From Nostoc sp. PCC 7120 = FACHB-418 (GTDB lineage: Bacteria; Cyanobacteriota; Cyanobacteriia; Cyanobacteriales; Nostocaceae), in NCBI RefSeq assembly GCF_000009705.1, contig NC_003276.1, forward strand, positions 120,001 through 152,000: a stretch of DNA of 32,000 bases, given 5' to 3'. This document shows positions 1 to 11,400 of this stretch, one piece after another; position 1 is the first letter of the stretch, and every line of letters begins with the position of its first letter. The notes under the pieces are model-generated. The model did not search any database. It was given only the letters and a program-made list of their open reading frames with translations, and was not told the DNA's origin. Position numbers and translations under genes: made by a program.

Positions 1-3000
1 GTTGTTGGAACTGCTAAGGAGAGATCAGCATCTGTAATTCTTGGGGTATTCGTAGCGCCAGGATTCCTTGTTGTCAGCCTTAAAGTATCTGTACCCCCAG
101 CATCCTCGATTTGACTTCCGCCAGCATTTTGAGTATCGAGAATATAAATATCATCGCCTAAGCCCGCTTTGAGGGTATCTGCACCACCGCCACCCATAAG
201 TGAATCATCAAGGTTGCCGCCGAATAACTCATCGCCATAGCGAGTTCCGATAATGTCGAACCTTTCAAAATTGCTGTAGCGGATGCGACTTGGCCCCCAA
301 GTGTAAATTTCACCGCTACCTGTAGCTGGGTCAAAGGAGTTATAGCGAACGCCAAGATCAACATAGCTAGATAAAGCATGACCTCGACCAATACCTATAT
401 TGGGTGAAGAAGCATCAATGAGAATTTGAGGCTCTATGCCATCTATGTCACCTACGTACAGAGAATAGTCGGAACCATTAAATTTAGTAAAAACAACTCT
501 TCTGCTGTCTCCTGCTAGAGATTGTTGGGCAAATTCTCCAACTTCTTCGGTGTTAGGAACAACCCAGAAGCGAGAACCATCTGTAGTAGCTGCATAGAGA
601 TTGGTTGAAGCGTAGCCGGCTCCTTGATAACCTGCCCAAACAACTGTAGAACCATCAGCAGATATAGAGGGGTTAATATTATACCCATAAAGATTACCTG
701 AAAGTTCTCTGATGTTAGTGCCATCTGTATTAGCAACCCATACCCCACCTGGGCCATACCCTCCATCCTGAGACCAAGTAATTTTAGAACCATCGGCAGA
801 AAGATCGAGTTCACGAACACCACCGCTACCGGTAGGTATGTTAATCTGTCTTAAATTTTTACCATCAGCGTTAGCAATGAAAATTGTGTAGGTAAATTTG
901 TTGTCGTTACGTTTACTACGTAACCACGCGATAGTGCTACCATCCTCTGAAATAGTCGCTAAGTAGTCACCATCGCCATAGCCAATGTTTATACTTAACT
1001 TGGTCAGTTGTCGAACTTGAGTTCCGTTAGTATTAGCAATCCAAATACTATCCCCTTGACTCCAAACAACTTTGCTGCCATCTTCTGAAAGCAGAGGTTG
1101 ATAAACCTGATTATTAGGAATGACTCTCACGGCCGGGTCTGAGCTATGAATCTTCTTAACCCAAAGACCTTGATTGCCACTACCATTGCTTCCCAATATT
1201 CCAGAACCTGCAACCGTTAACCCATCTGCCGAAAGAGTAGCATGATAATTGCCAGATACATTTATATCAGTCTTGATGGGTGCGCCAATCCCATAAGCAT
1301 TAGCGACATAGACAAACCAATCGCTAGTATTTGGATCTAGTTCTGACCAAGCGACAGCCTGCGTGGGTAAAGAAGAATAATCAATGACTAAGGTATCTGT
1401 ACCAGTACCCCCATCAATGACATCATCTCCCCAGCCAGGGCTGAGTCTGTCATCGCCTGCACCACCACTAATAAAATCGTTACCCTCGCCACCATCAAAT
1501 TCATTATTGTCCTCATCACCAATTAAGGTATCGTCATATCGAGAACCAACAATTTGTTCGATAGATTGAAAGACATCATCGGCTGCATCTCCCGTTGATA
1601 CCTGAGTTACTAAGTTAATAGAGATAGCACTGGTAGCACTTGTATAACTAGCAGTATCAAAGCCTGCACCACCATTAAGGATGTCTGCACCTGCACCACC
1701 ATCTAACCAATCATCACCATCATCGCCATAAACGAAATCATCCCTATCACCACCATAAAGACGATCCCAATCTGCACCTCCACGAATTGTGTCACTCCCA
1801 CTACCTCCGTAGATTAAATCTTCTCCAGCACCGCCTTTTAAGTCGGCGGAAATTTCAATATCTGGTTTGATCTCAATAGTGTCATTTTTTGTACCGCCAT
1901 CAGCAATTATCTTGCTAACACCACTATAAGTCTGTGGAATGTTAAACGCAGAAACAGTCAATTTTCCATCGGTTGTGAAAACGGTAAAAACTTCTGCACC
2001 ATCTTCTGTGTTAATGATTTCACGGGCGGCAGCATTCGGCCCCATATTCAATCGCAAGTTGCCACCACCGATATCTGTTGCAAGGTGTAGCTGAGGAGGA
2101 GTTTCACTAACTTTACCGTAAGGGCCTAATAAGGTTACTTTAGGACTTTCGATCCTTTTAACAACTTTCCCAGCAACTTTTGCGTAAGCCATAAGATAGG
2201 CTTGCACTAACCCGGAAGCATCAAACATTTCAATGGGGTTATTGAGGAGTTGCACAAACTCATTTCCTCGTACTTTTCCATCCCCAGGTGTTGGATCTTT
2301 GAGGTTAAGACCAATAGTACCAATAATACCGCCTCCAGCCCCAGCCGATGCTGCTGCTACATTTACCTCTGCTGCTGCTTCTATCGCTGCGCTAACAAGA
2401 ATTTGAGGTTTACCAGAATCATCAATAAAGAAACCATTAAAGATATCTGTTGGCTTTTGAGAATCCGAAAAATCTTTTAAACCCTTAGTATCATAGCCAA
2501 ACTTGAGATCAACGGCAGTGGTTAGTGTTCCGGCAACATTAATCCCAAACACATAAATAATAGGAAAAAACTGATCGTACTTAAGAGTAAATTCTAAATC
2601 GGGTAAATCATAGGTGAATAAGTTGACATCTGGTTTTCCTAACAGCAAACCAAAGGCTTGAGATGGTTGAGTAAGAACAGGTATTTCTAATCCTGGAAGG
2701 CTGAGAAGGTTATCAAGATAACTTTTCTCCGAACTACCATCTGCCACCTGATCATTCCAAGCAGAAGCAGAACCATTGGTATTTGGGTTAACATTTTCAA
2801 GAGAAAAATTATTAGCACGAATATCTTGATTGCCAAAGTTAAAACTGCCTAAATTTATAGCTAATTGGCTAGATGGGGTGTCAACAAGTTTTCCAATTGC
2901 TTGGATTGCCTCAATAAACTGCTTATCTGAATCATCTATATATCCTGCTGCTTTGACAATATCTAATAGATTAAATTTGGTAATTTTTAAATCAATAGGA

Positions 3001-4556
3001 GTAGTTAGAAAATTAAGAACTTTATTAACAGGTTCTATAATTTTGCCTATGCGTCCAAAAATAGGACGAGTAAGATCATTGAAAAAAGAACCTAAATCTA
3101 ACTGAACGTTATTAAAAGCGACATTAGGCAAAGTACCGAGATTTTGACTCTGACCAGGTTTAAAACTAGAATTACTAAACGACCAATCTAGGTTAAAATC
3201 AGTTTTAAGCGAAGGTAGAATGACAGAAGAGTTATTAAAGCCAGTATTTAGCTTTAAATTAATGTCTGCCTCCCCTGATAATTTAGTATCAATTAAATTT
3301 GCATAGTTAACAGATGTTAGTTCTGTTAGGCGTAATTGATTATCTGTATCTCGCAAATCAATTTTGAATACACCATCAAATTTTGTACCTGCATCTGTAG
3401 CAGAGAGTTCAAGAAAACCAAGTTTACCTCTAGCATTTAACCCTGGTAAAGAAGCTCCTAACTTAATATTAATTTCGTTCTCATCAGATGTATCAAAATA
3501 AAATCCATTTGTTTTGTTAACACCAAAATTAAACTTAAAATCATAACCTAATTGTGTGTTAGCATTACCATTAATACTTAAACCAATGCCAGGAATGCCT
3601 ATATTACTATCTAACTGAGTAATAAATCCAGAAGCTGCTTTTCCTAAGTTTAGGCTAAATTTGAGGTTATCTGCTGTTTCAGTTATCTGAATGTCATTAA
3701 TATCAATTCCGTTACCATTTATATCTTTAAGAATATTCTGTCCACCATTACCAAGGGCATTAAATAGTGCTTGCTGAATTGTTGAAGATGTAAATGTGTT
3801 TACCTGACTTAAAGAAGACTGAATAGTTGTTCTCAAATTGTTGAGAAATTGAACTTCGCTATTAGGTGCATGTTTTAGCTGTGTACCTAATAGCGGCAAA
3901 CTACTGCCAAAAACTTGAGCGCTAACTGCCGCTTGAAGCTGAGATAATAGAGTATCTAGTCCGGTAGCTACCTCGTTAAGATTATTCCCACTGTAAGAAC
4001 CGCTACGCTCAATTTCTACAGTTTGCCCATCAAGCCCGATCAATGCTTGATCATTTTCTAGTTTTAATTTTTGTAATTCTGTTTGGGTGAGTTGTTGTCC
4101 TCTTACTAAAGTAGAAAAAATTGCCCCTTCATCTCCAGGCGCATCTTTAGTATTGATTCTAGAATCAACCCAGTGACCAAATTCCTCTAACAGTACGGAG
4201 GCGATCACTCCTACATTCCCTTGATACTTACTAATAAACTCATGTGAAAGATAAATCTTATTTGTCGCTGTAGTAAAAGCGCCATTTACTCCCTTGATAT
4301 CTGCTGCATGGCGAATCTCTATCTCAGGAAAATCACCAAAATTCCCAGTTAACCATGCTGTCCTTAAAAACTCAACCTCAACTCCTTCGCCAAAAGCTAC
4401 TTCCATCTTTTGACTAAAATCAGGCTCATTGGCAAAGTTCTTTAAATCCCCTTTTGCTAGACATAACGCTTGTTCTAAGGCAGTTAACTGTGCGGGTTCA
4501 AGAATTAAAGAGGATTTGACAATGAAATTGTTGTTAGAGGTGTTTGCACTTTTCAT
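1..4556 (-). CDS. Large secreted RTX-type (hemolysin-type Ca-binding repeat) protein with PD40/TolB-like propeller repeats; partial, 3-prime end lies beyond the window
   Basis: Absent from the ORF track because there is no in-window stop. The reverse complement from ATG at 4556 reads MKSANTSNNNFIVKSSLILEPAQLTALEQ... I checked the frame by hand at 4556, around 2280 and at 1-120, and it stays open to position 1. GGxGxD nonapeptide runs: GGAGEDLIYGGSGSDTIRGGADWDRLYGG (about 1650-1860), DGGEGNDFISGGAGDDRL..DGGTGTDTL (about 1390-1550), GGGGADTLKAGLGDDIY (about 130-260). Repeated DGS(K/T)(I/V)xW motifs span about 560-1380. Confidence 0.85.
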   Translation of the reverse strand, partial: MKSANTSNNNFIVKSSLILEPAQLTALEQALCLAKGDLKNFANEPDFSQKMEVAFGEGVEVEFLRTAWLTGNFGDFPEIEIRHAADIKGVNGAFTTATNKIYLSHEFISKYQGNVGVIASVLLEEFGHWVDSRINTKDAPGDEGAIFSTLVRGQQLTQTELQKLKLENDQALIGLDGQTVEIERSGSYSGNNLNEVATGLDTLLSQLQAAVSAQVFGSSLPLLGTQLKHAPNSEVQFLNNLRTTIQSSLSQVNTFTSSTIQQALFNALGNGGQNILKDINGNGIDINDIQITETADNLKFSLNLGKAASGFITQLDSNIGIPGIGLSINGNANTQLGYDFKFNFGVNKTNGFYFDTSDENEINIKLGASLPGLNARGKLGFLELSATDAGTKFDGVFKIDLRDTDNQLRLTELTSVNYANLIDTKLSGEADINLKLNTGFNNSSVILPSLKTDFNLDWSFSNSSFKPGQSQNLGTLPNVAFNNVQLDLGSFFNDLTRPIFGRIGKIIEPVNKVLNFLTTPIDLKITKFNLLDIVKAAGYIDDSDKQFIEAIQAIGKLVDTPSSQLAINLGSFNFGNQDIRANNFSLENVNPNTNGSASAWNDQVADGSSEKSYLDNLLSLPGLEIPVLTQPSQAFGLLLGKPDVNLFTYDLPDLEFTLKYDQFFPIIYVFGINVAGTLTTAVDLKFGYDTKGLKDFSDSQKPTDIFNGFFIDDSGKPQILVSAAIEAAAEVNVAAASAGAGGGIIGTIGLNLKDPTPGDGKVRGNEFVQLLNNPIEMFDASGLVQAYLMAYAKVAGKVVKRIESPKVTLLGPYGKVSETPPQLHLATDIGGGNLRLNMGPNAAAREIINTEDGAEVFTVFTTDGKLTVSAFNIPQTYSGVSKIIADGGTKNDTIEIKPDIEISADLKGGAGEDLIYGGSGSDTIRGGADWDRLYGGDRDDFVYGDDGDDWLDGGAGADILNGGAGFDTASYTSATSAISINLVTQVSTGDAADDVFQSIEQIVGSRYDDTLIGDEDNNEFDGGEGNDFISGGAGDDRLSPGWGDDVIDGGTGTDTLVIDYSSLPTQAVAWSELDPNTSDWFVYVANAYGIGAPIKTDINVSGNYHATLSADGLTVAGSGILGSNGSGNQGLWVKKIHSSDPAVRVIPNNQVYQPLLSEDGSKVVWSQGDSIWIANTNGTQVRQLTKLSINIGYGDGDYLATISEDGSTIAWLRSKRNDNKFTYTIFIANADGKNLRQINIPTGSGGVRELDLSADGSKITWSQDGGYGPGGVWVANTDGTNIRELSGNLYGYNINPSISADGSTVVWAGYQGAGYASTNLYAATTDGSRFWVVPNTEEVGEFAQQSLAGDSRRVVFTKFNGSDYSLYVGDIDGIEPQILIDASSPNIGIGRGHALSSYVDLGVRYNSFDPATGSGEIYTWGPSRIRYSNFERFDIIGTRYGDELFGGNLDDSLMGGGGADTLKAGLGDDIYILDTQNAGGSQIEDAGGTDTLRLTTRNPGATNTPRITDADLSLAVPT

Positions 4557-4650
4557 CTTTGTAGCAGCTTTTGTAAATGGGAGGAGAATTAGCTCAGGTT
4601 CTTTGGTGGAAACTTTCCATCCGCAAATTCTACTACTGGGATTACAGTTA

Positions 4651-4680
4651 AAAGGTCAGAAAAGGTCGGAAAAAAGTCGG
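4651..4680. promoter_or_regulatory. Three helically phased 10-bp A-tract repeats in the divergent RTX / STAND intergenic region
   Basis: aaaggtcaga / aaaggtcgga / aaaaagtcgg are directly adjacent, one per 10 bp. This fits intrinsic DNA curvature or an arrayed binding site. Confidence 0.3.
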
Positions 4681-4767
4681 CTTTTATGGTAAATTTACGT
4701 AAACTTATTAAAACAATAAAAACTATAGTGCGAATATCATAGTTGACTTAGTATTTTTACGTGCTGA

Positions 4768-7700
4768 ATGACGGTTGAAGAAGCGATCGCTCTAGTCGAG
4801 CAATTATTATCAGGAACACGCTTAACAAAAGTTCAAGAGATTGTGTTTCGCCAGTGTTGGGCAGGGCAAACGTACTCAGACATTGCTTTAGAGTCAGATT
4901 ACGACCTTGGTTATATCAAAGATGTTGGCTCAGAACTGTGGAGATCGCTGTCTCAAGCTTTAGGTGAAAAAGTCACAAAAAAGAATTTATACACAGTTCT
5001 CAAGCGAGCTGCTAAACAAAATAGCATTAATCCATCCTCATCCTTACAGTTGCCCTCTTTGGCAAACTACACAGACTGGGGAGAAGCAATTGACGTTTCC
5101 CAGTTTTACGGACGTACTCATGACTTAGCAACCCTGAGTCGATGGGTTTTACAAGATAACTGTCGTGTAGTCTCGCTGCTAGGAATGGGAGGTATAGGTA
5201 AAACTGCACTCTCGGTGAAGCTAGCACAACAGTTACAAGGACAATTCGAGTATGTGATTTGGCGATCGCTACGCCACGCACCTTCTTTTAGTGACAAGCT
5301 GACCGAATGTATCAAAATTCTGTCTAATCAACAAGTTACAACATTACCTGCTTCCTCTCATGAACAAATTACTTATTTAATCGAATATCTGCGTAAATCT
5401 CGCTGCTTGCTAATTCTGGACAATTTTGACACCCTATTGCAGGACGGTAAACGGGCAGGTAGTTACCGTCAGGGCTATGAACCTTATGGTGAACTGTTGT
5501 GGCGCTTAGGAGAAACGCAACATCAAAGCTGTGTCCTGATTACCAGTCGGGAAAAACCTGCCCAAATTGCCGCCCTTGAAGGAGACGGTTTACCAGTTCG
5601 GACTTTGGCTTTATCAGGGTTAGAAGTCGCAGCCGGGCAAACAATTTTGACACTCAAAGGGCTATCAGGTTCCGAAGACCAAACTCGTCAATTAGTTGAG
5701 TGTTACGGTGGTAATCCACTGGCGTTGAAAATCGCTGCTACTTCAATTCGGGATTTGCATGAAGGTAGCATTGCTAATTTCTTAAGCGAAGGTACGACAG
5801 TTTTTCAAGGCATAGGTCATCTTCTAGAGGATCAATTCCAGCGACTGTCTACATTGGAACAACAACTAATGTATTGGTTAGCAATTAATAGAGAGAAAGT
5901 CTCTTCAACCAAATTACAAACAGCCTTTACATCTCCATTGTCTAAGCCCAAGTTAATCGAAACCCTAGAGTCATTACGCTGGCGTAGCTTGATAGAAAGC
6001 AATACTGGGCAGTTCACACAGCAACCTGTGGTGATGGAATATGTTACAGACAGTTTGGTTGAGCAAGTTTGTCAGGAAATAATCACCGAATCACCACAAT
6101 ACCTGCTCACCCATGCTTTGATGCAAGTCCAAGCAAAGGATTACATCCGCGATAGTCAAATTAATCTGATTGTCTGCCCTATTCTCAAGCAATTACAAAT
6201 AACACTTGGTTCTGTTCATCAACTAGATCTGAAACTGGGTAGATTGATTAGAAAGTTGCAAAGTAAAGTTATAGAAACAGTGGGGTATGGTGGCGGTAAT
6301 TTATTAAATTTATTAGCACAATTAGACACTGATTTAACTGGGTATGACTTTTCTGGTCTAGATATGCGCGAGTGTGATTTACGCACAGTAAACTTACACG
6401 CAGTCAACTTTACACAAACAACTTTTCGAGATTGTGTTTTTGCTGCTACCTTTGGTGGAATAACTAGCGTCGCTTTTAGTCGAGATGGATGTCAACTAGC
6501 TACCAGTGATACCAGTGGCGTAATTAATATTTGGGACGTTAACAATGGTAAACAGTTATTCAATTGTCAAGAACATAATAGTTGGATTTGGGATGTTGCT
6601 TTTAGCTCTGTAGCACCAGTTTTAGCTAGTTGCGGTCAGGATCATACAATCAAACTTTGGAACACAACTACTGGAGAATGCTTCAATACACTACATGGAC
6701 ACACTAGCATTGTCACATCAGTAGCTTTTAGCCCTGAAGGAAAACTGCTGGCTAGTAGCAGCTATGACCATAGCGTGAAGGTTTGGGATTTAGATACAGG
6801 CGAATGTCTACAAACTTTCTTAGGACATGATGCTTGCGTTTGGAGTGTAGTTTTTCATCCCGTAGGACAAATTTTAGCCACGGCTGGTGAAGATAACACA
6901 ATCAAGTTATGGGAATTACAAAGTGGATGCTGTCTAAAAACTCTCCAAGGACATCAACACTGGGTAAAAACAATTGCTTTCAATTCGGGTGGGCGAATAT
7001 TAGCCAGTGGCAGTTTTGATCAAAATGTCAAACTATGGGATATACATACTGGAAAGTGTGTGATGACATTACAGGGACACACAGGAGTTGTTACCTCAGT
7101 CGCATTCAACCCCAAAGATAATTTACTTCTCAGTGGTAGTTATGACCAAAGCGTGAAGGTTTGGGATAGAAAAACTGGCAGATGTTTAGATACGCTCAAA
7201 AAGCATACAAATCGGATTTGGTCAGTGGCTTTTCACCCCCAAGGGCATTTATTTGTCAGTGGTGGTGATGATCATGCAGCTAAGATTTGGGAGTTAGGAA
7301 CTGGACAATGTATCAAAACCTTTCAAGGGCATAGCAATGCGACTTATACAATTGCTCATAACTGGGAACATAGTTTACTTGCAAGTGGGCATGAAGACCA
7401 AACAATCAAACTTTGGGATCTTAATCTTCATTCCCCGCACAAATCGAATGTAAATACTCACCCTTTTCGCATACTACAAGGACACAGCAATCGTGTCTTT
7501 TCTGTAGTCTTCAGTTCAACAGGACAATTGCTTGCTAGTGGCAGTGCAGACCGTACTATTAAACTGTGGAGTCCGCATACAGGGCAATGTTTACACACTT
7601 TACATGGTCATGGTAGTTGGGTGTGGGCAATTGCTTTTAGCCTTGATGATAAATTACTCGCTTCTGGTAGCTATGACCATACAGTGAAGATATGGGATGT

Positions 7701-8337
7701 ATCTTCTGGGCAATGTTTGCAAACTTTACAAGGACATCCGGGTTCTGTCCTGGCAGTTGCTTTTAGCTGTGATGGCAAAACTCTCTTCAGTAGTGGTTAT
7801 GAAAAGCTAGTTAAACAGTGGGATGTGGAAACAGGTTATTGCCTTCAGACTTGGGAAGCAGATTCTAACCGAGTTTGGGCAGTTGCTGTGAGTAGGGATA
7901 ATCAATATCTTGCTACTGGTGGTGATGACTCGGTGGTGCGGTTGTGGGATATTGGCAAAGGGGTTTGTGTGCGTACATTCTCTGGTCATACTAGCCAGGT
8001 CATCTGTATTTTGTTCACCAAAGATGGCAGACGCATGATTAGCAGTAGTAGCGATCGCACCATCAAAATTTGGAATGTCTCTACAGGAGAGTGCCTTGCT
8101 ACGCTACAAGCTCATGACCATTGGGTTTGGTCACTCTACCTAACCCCGGACGAGAAAACTTTGCTTAGTAGCAGTTGGGATGAAACCATCAAATGTTGGA
8201 ATATTTCTACAGGAGAGTGCTGGCAAACATTGAGGCCAGCCCGTCCATACGAAGGCATGATTATTAATGAGGTGGTAGGACTGAGCCAAGCCCAAATCGC
8301 CACTTTAAAAGCGTTGGGGGCTTTAGAAGTGAACTGA
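4768..8337 (+). CDS. STAND NTPase: N-terminal HTH-like domain, NB-ARC/APAF-1-type P-loop, pentapeptide-like linker, 14 WD40 repeats
   Basis: 1189-aa ORF. Walker A is GMGGIGKT (nt about 5182-5205) and Walker B is CLLILDNFD. The linker reads LTGYDFSGLDMRECDLRTVNLHAVNFTQTTFRDCVF. There are 14 WD signatures (INIWDV, IKLWNT, VKVWDL, IKLWEL, VKLWDI, VKVWDR, AKIWEL, IKLWDL, IKLWSP, VKIWDV, VKQWDV, VRLWDI, IKIWNV, IKCWNI), which suggests two 7-bladed propellers. Confidence 0.9.
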   Translation: MTVEEAIALVEQLLSGTRLTKVQEIVFRQCWAGQTYSDIALESDYDLGYIKDVGSELWRSLSQALGEKVTKKNLYTVLKRAAKQNSINPSSSLQLPSLANYTDWGEAIDVSQFYGRTHDLATLSRWVLQDNCRVVSLLGMGGIGKTALSVKLAQQLQGQFEYVIWRSLRHAPSFSDKLTECIKILSNQQVTTLPASSHEQITYLIEYLRKSRCLLILDNFDTLLQDGKRAGSYRQGYEPYGELLWRLGETQHQSCVLITSREKPAQIAALEGDGLPVRTLALSGLEVAAGQTILTLKGLSGSEDQTRQLVECYGGNPLALKIAATSIRDLHEGSIANFLSEGTTVFQGIGHLLEDQFQRLSTLEQQLMYWLAINREKVSSTKLQTAFTSPLSKPKLIETLESLRWRSLIESNTGQFTQQPVVMEYVTDSLVEQVCQEIITESPQYLLTHALMQVQAKDYIRDSQINLIVCPILKQLQITLGSVHQLDLKLGRLIRKLQSKVIETVGYGGGNLLNLLAQLDTDLTGYDFSGLDMRECDLRTVNLHAVNFTQTTFRDCVFAATFGGITSVAFSRDGCQLATSDTSGVINIWDVNNGKQLFNCQEHNSWIWDVAFSSVAPVLASCGQDHTIKLWNTTTGECFNTLHGHTSIVTSVAFSPEGKLLASSSYDHSVKVWDLDTGECLQTFLGHDACVWSVVFHPVGQILATAGEDNTIKLWELQSGCCLKTLQGHQHWVKTIAFNSGGRILASGSFDQNVKLWDIHTGKCVMTLQGHTGVVTSVAFNPKDNLLLSGSYDQSVKVWDRKTGRCLDTLKKHTNRIWSVAFHPQGHLFVSGGDDHAAKIWELGTGQCIKTFQGHSNATYTIAHNWEHSLLASGHEDQTIKLWDLNLHSPHKSNVNTHPFRILQGHSNRVFSVVFSSTGQLLASGSADRTIKLWSPHTGQCLHTLHGHGSWVWAIAFSLDDKLLASGSYDHTVKIWDVSSGQCLQTLQGHPGSVLAVAFSCDGKTLFSSGYEKLVKQWDVETGYCLQTWEADSNRVWAVAVSRDNQYLATGGDDSVVRLWDIGKGVCVRTFSGHTSQVICILFTKDGRRMISSSSDRTIKIWNVSTGECLATLQAHDHWVWSLYLTPDEKTLLSSSWDETIKCWNISTGECWQTLRPARPYEGMIINEVVGLSQAQIATLKALGALEVN

Positions 8338-8474
8338 CAAACAACTACACCCGCGTCAGAAGTATTATCTCAAAAATGTTAATTTTATTTGCTAACTGTG
8401 CAAGCGAAATTATACTCAAGCTATTCAAATTCTGGTGGACAAAGTTCTGCAATCCCTAATTCCTAATTAGGAAA

Positions 8475-11400
8475 CTAGAAATTTACTCCTTTTTGATAAT
8501 CAACATCATAGCCGATATCACCAACGAAAGAAAAGCGACGGACAAAATCAAATATTTGTTTAATATCCTCTAATGTTAAGTTATCTGGAATTACTTTGTC
8601 TATATCATGTCGAAGTTTATTTAACTCTTCATAAAGATAGGAATGATGCTTATATTTATTTTCATGTTTTTGTAAAGATTCTCGGAAAAAATTTATAAGA
8701 TTATCATTGATTGGCTGATTACGATATTCTTCGTAACGAGATTCAATATCTTTCAATAGATCGCGCATTAAATCAGGATAACGTCCTGAAAAAGCTAGTA
8801 AAGCAAGAATAGCCTGTTGTTCTTTTGCAGAAGATTTATGTCCTTGGATGCGATTGAGAACTTTAAATAGTTTATAAACATTGGTAAGTCGTTTGAGACT
8901 TCTGGGAGATAAATCTACTTCTTGACAGCACTGCACTAAGATATTAAATTCTTCTGGTGAAAATTCATTAAACTTATTACCACTGATACCACTATCTTGA
9001 ATAGCTACTTGAGATTTAAGATATTGTCTTAAGGCTGAGTCAGCAATTGAAGTAACCCGATAGGGAATTTGAATAATTTTTTCCAAATAGTCAGCAGGAG
9101 AAGGACGACCTTGACTAGAAAGCACACCTTGATAATATTTTGCTAAAGCGCGATTGATATAGCGTTCGTCAATAGCAACTACGGCAATAAACAAGCGATT
9201 TTTGACCAGGAGTTGTACTGCTTCTAAAACTTGGACAACTGTATCAGGAGAACAGCGATCTAGGTCATCAATATATAATATGACTCTTGCTGGCCCGCGT
9301 GGAAAAGCTTTTTTCAAAAAGTCGATTTTAGCAGCGTAATCTTTACTATCTGCTGGTGGTGGTAATAACTTGTAACTCAAAGCAGCTAAGTCTTGTTTGA
9401 CTTGGTGCATAATTCCTAGTCGCTTTTCGTAGCTTCCATTATTGATGCGAGCGCTGATAAACTCACCTAAAGAAGCATAGATATTTTCTGGTAGTTCTTG
9501 TTGTTGTTTTTCTAATTTATTTCTAAGTTCAAGGACTTCGCCTTCTAATTGCCTAATCTTTGCATTTTCTTCAGCTTGTTTTTGTTCATTGGCAATTTTT
9601 GTTTCCACATCATTAATTTTGTCATTCCTGAGTGATGCAAGTTCTTCATTAACTTCGATGAGTCTTTCATCTTGCTGGATGGCTTTTTCTATTCCTTCCT
9701 GGATAGATTCTTCTATTTCTTCCTCACGTTTTTTAACTAACTTTTGTACTCTTTCCTCTAACGCTTGCTCATATGATGTTTTATATTCATTAAGTGCAAG
9801 CTGAGTCTCATCGTACCATTTCTTACCTGTTGTCCATAAGGCTTGTAAAGTTGCGATCGCTGGTAACATAGGTGTAAAAAAGCCCACTACCTGCGCTATA
9901 ACTTTAGAACTTCCAAGATTATTAAAAAATTGAATGCCAGCAGGTAGAAGGATAGCTAATAGTAAACAAACAAAAAATATAATAATTAATAATTTATTTT
10001 TCTTTGCCCATTCCCTAACACTATATAATGTTATGGATTGGTAATTATTACTAATCGCTACTGTGACTACTCCCTTTAGCCAAGAACTAACTTTAGTAAT
10101 ATCATCAGATTTAATATTAATTTTTAAGTTAATCTTTTTATTAACTTCTGCTTGTATTTTTTCATCAAAAATTTTATTGAAGCCTTGATCACCTAAAGTA
10201 CGCTCAAGAACAACTGCGGAATATCCTAAAATCAAATGTATTTTTTTCTCGTTATCAGAAGGTTCAAGTTTCACCTCACTACTTTGTTTTTCTCTGATGT
10301 CTGCAACTATTTCATCTAGCCTAATCTGTAATCTTTGCTCTGCATTTGCTAATCGCTCTTGCAGGTCTTTATCCCGTTCGCTTAAATTAACAAGTAGATT
10401 TTCTTTTCGTACTTGAAGTTCCTTTTCCTTATTTATTAATTCTTCTTTCGTTTCTTTATAAGAGCGAATAGAGTCTCGCTGAGATTTAGTGAATATTTGC
10501 CAGAGATTATCTGGAAAATCTTGTTTCTGTTTAGAGTCTTGAAAATTTTGCAGTTGTTCTACTGTTAATACTCGTTCTAAAAACCAGTTTCTATCTTCTT
10601 CACTAACTTGATATAAAACCTGCCAAATTTTTGCACTATTTTCGGCACAGGGTTCAATTCCTACCTTAATTAACTGTTGTTCTAAACTAATTTGTCTATC
10701 TAATTCAAAAAAGATAGTCTGCATTAAACTAGCCCAAAGGTCAGATTTAGCATATGTCCAAGCATCAAACTTGATCTGGTAAATATGACCTACATAAGGG
10801 TAAAGTTCGTCACTACTAGGATTTTCACTCCAAGCTTCTTGTTCCGTAATTCCTTCACTACGAACTTCTAGTATTCGGTTTTGCATTAAGTGCAGAATGT
10901 AAGATTTACCGCCACCCCAACCGCCAAGAATACCCACAGCCACAGGTGGTTCTAAATCTCGCATTAGCAGCATATTAGCAAGGGCATCAATTTCGTCTTT
11001 AAGATTAAGTAAATCTTCATTTAAGTCAGTATCATTGCGAAAGCTACCTCCAATTAAAGCATCTCTATAAGTTTTTCGCAGGATTCTTAAAGAGCGATAC
11101 CAAAGTTCATTAGGGATTTTACCTTTTGTCTGTTCTCGGTCTATTTCACGGATAATACGGATAGGTAAATGGGGTTTAAGAACAATTAAAATTTGACGTT
11201 GTTGCCATTGAGTAAGTGAATTTTCTAACTCTGACTGATTTTTCTCTGCTAAAAGTTCTTTTTTTGGTTTTATTTTTTCTAAATCTTTTAAAATCTCAGG
11301 TAATATCTCAGGCACTTCTATCGCTAAACGACACAAAAGTTCAAACCCCTGCACATAATTTTTTTGTGGTACAAAATCTTCTGTTTGATTTTTAAAATCT

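Noticed and set aside
158-4692. Track ORFs 158..391(-), 515..823(-), 1384..1569(+), 2250..2480(+), 2830..3105(+), 4429..4692(+)
   Set aside because: All lie inside, or overlap the start of, the long minus-strand RTX gene in other frames. Their translations are low-complexity (S/P/L-rich or C-rich), which is typical of shadow ORFs.
5027-7989. Minus-strand ORFs inside the STAND/WD40 gene (5027..5281, 5118..5315, 5832..6017, 6219..6407, 7807..7989)
   Set aside because: They are antisense shadows of a gene with strong domain evidence on the + strand.
8460-8473. 14-bp perfect palindrome ttcctaattaggaa at the convergent STAND / giant-KAP junction
   Set aside because: It has no loop, is AT-rich and is too short to be a credible intrinsic terminator. 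It also forms part of a cctaatt direct duplication.
9589-9804. 71-aa + strand ORF inside the giant KAP gene
   Set aside because: It is the Ser/Leu-rich antisense of an E/K/Q-rich coiled-coil segment, a compositional artefact.
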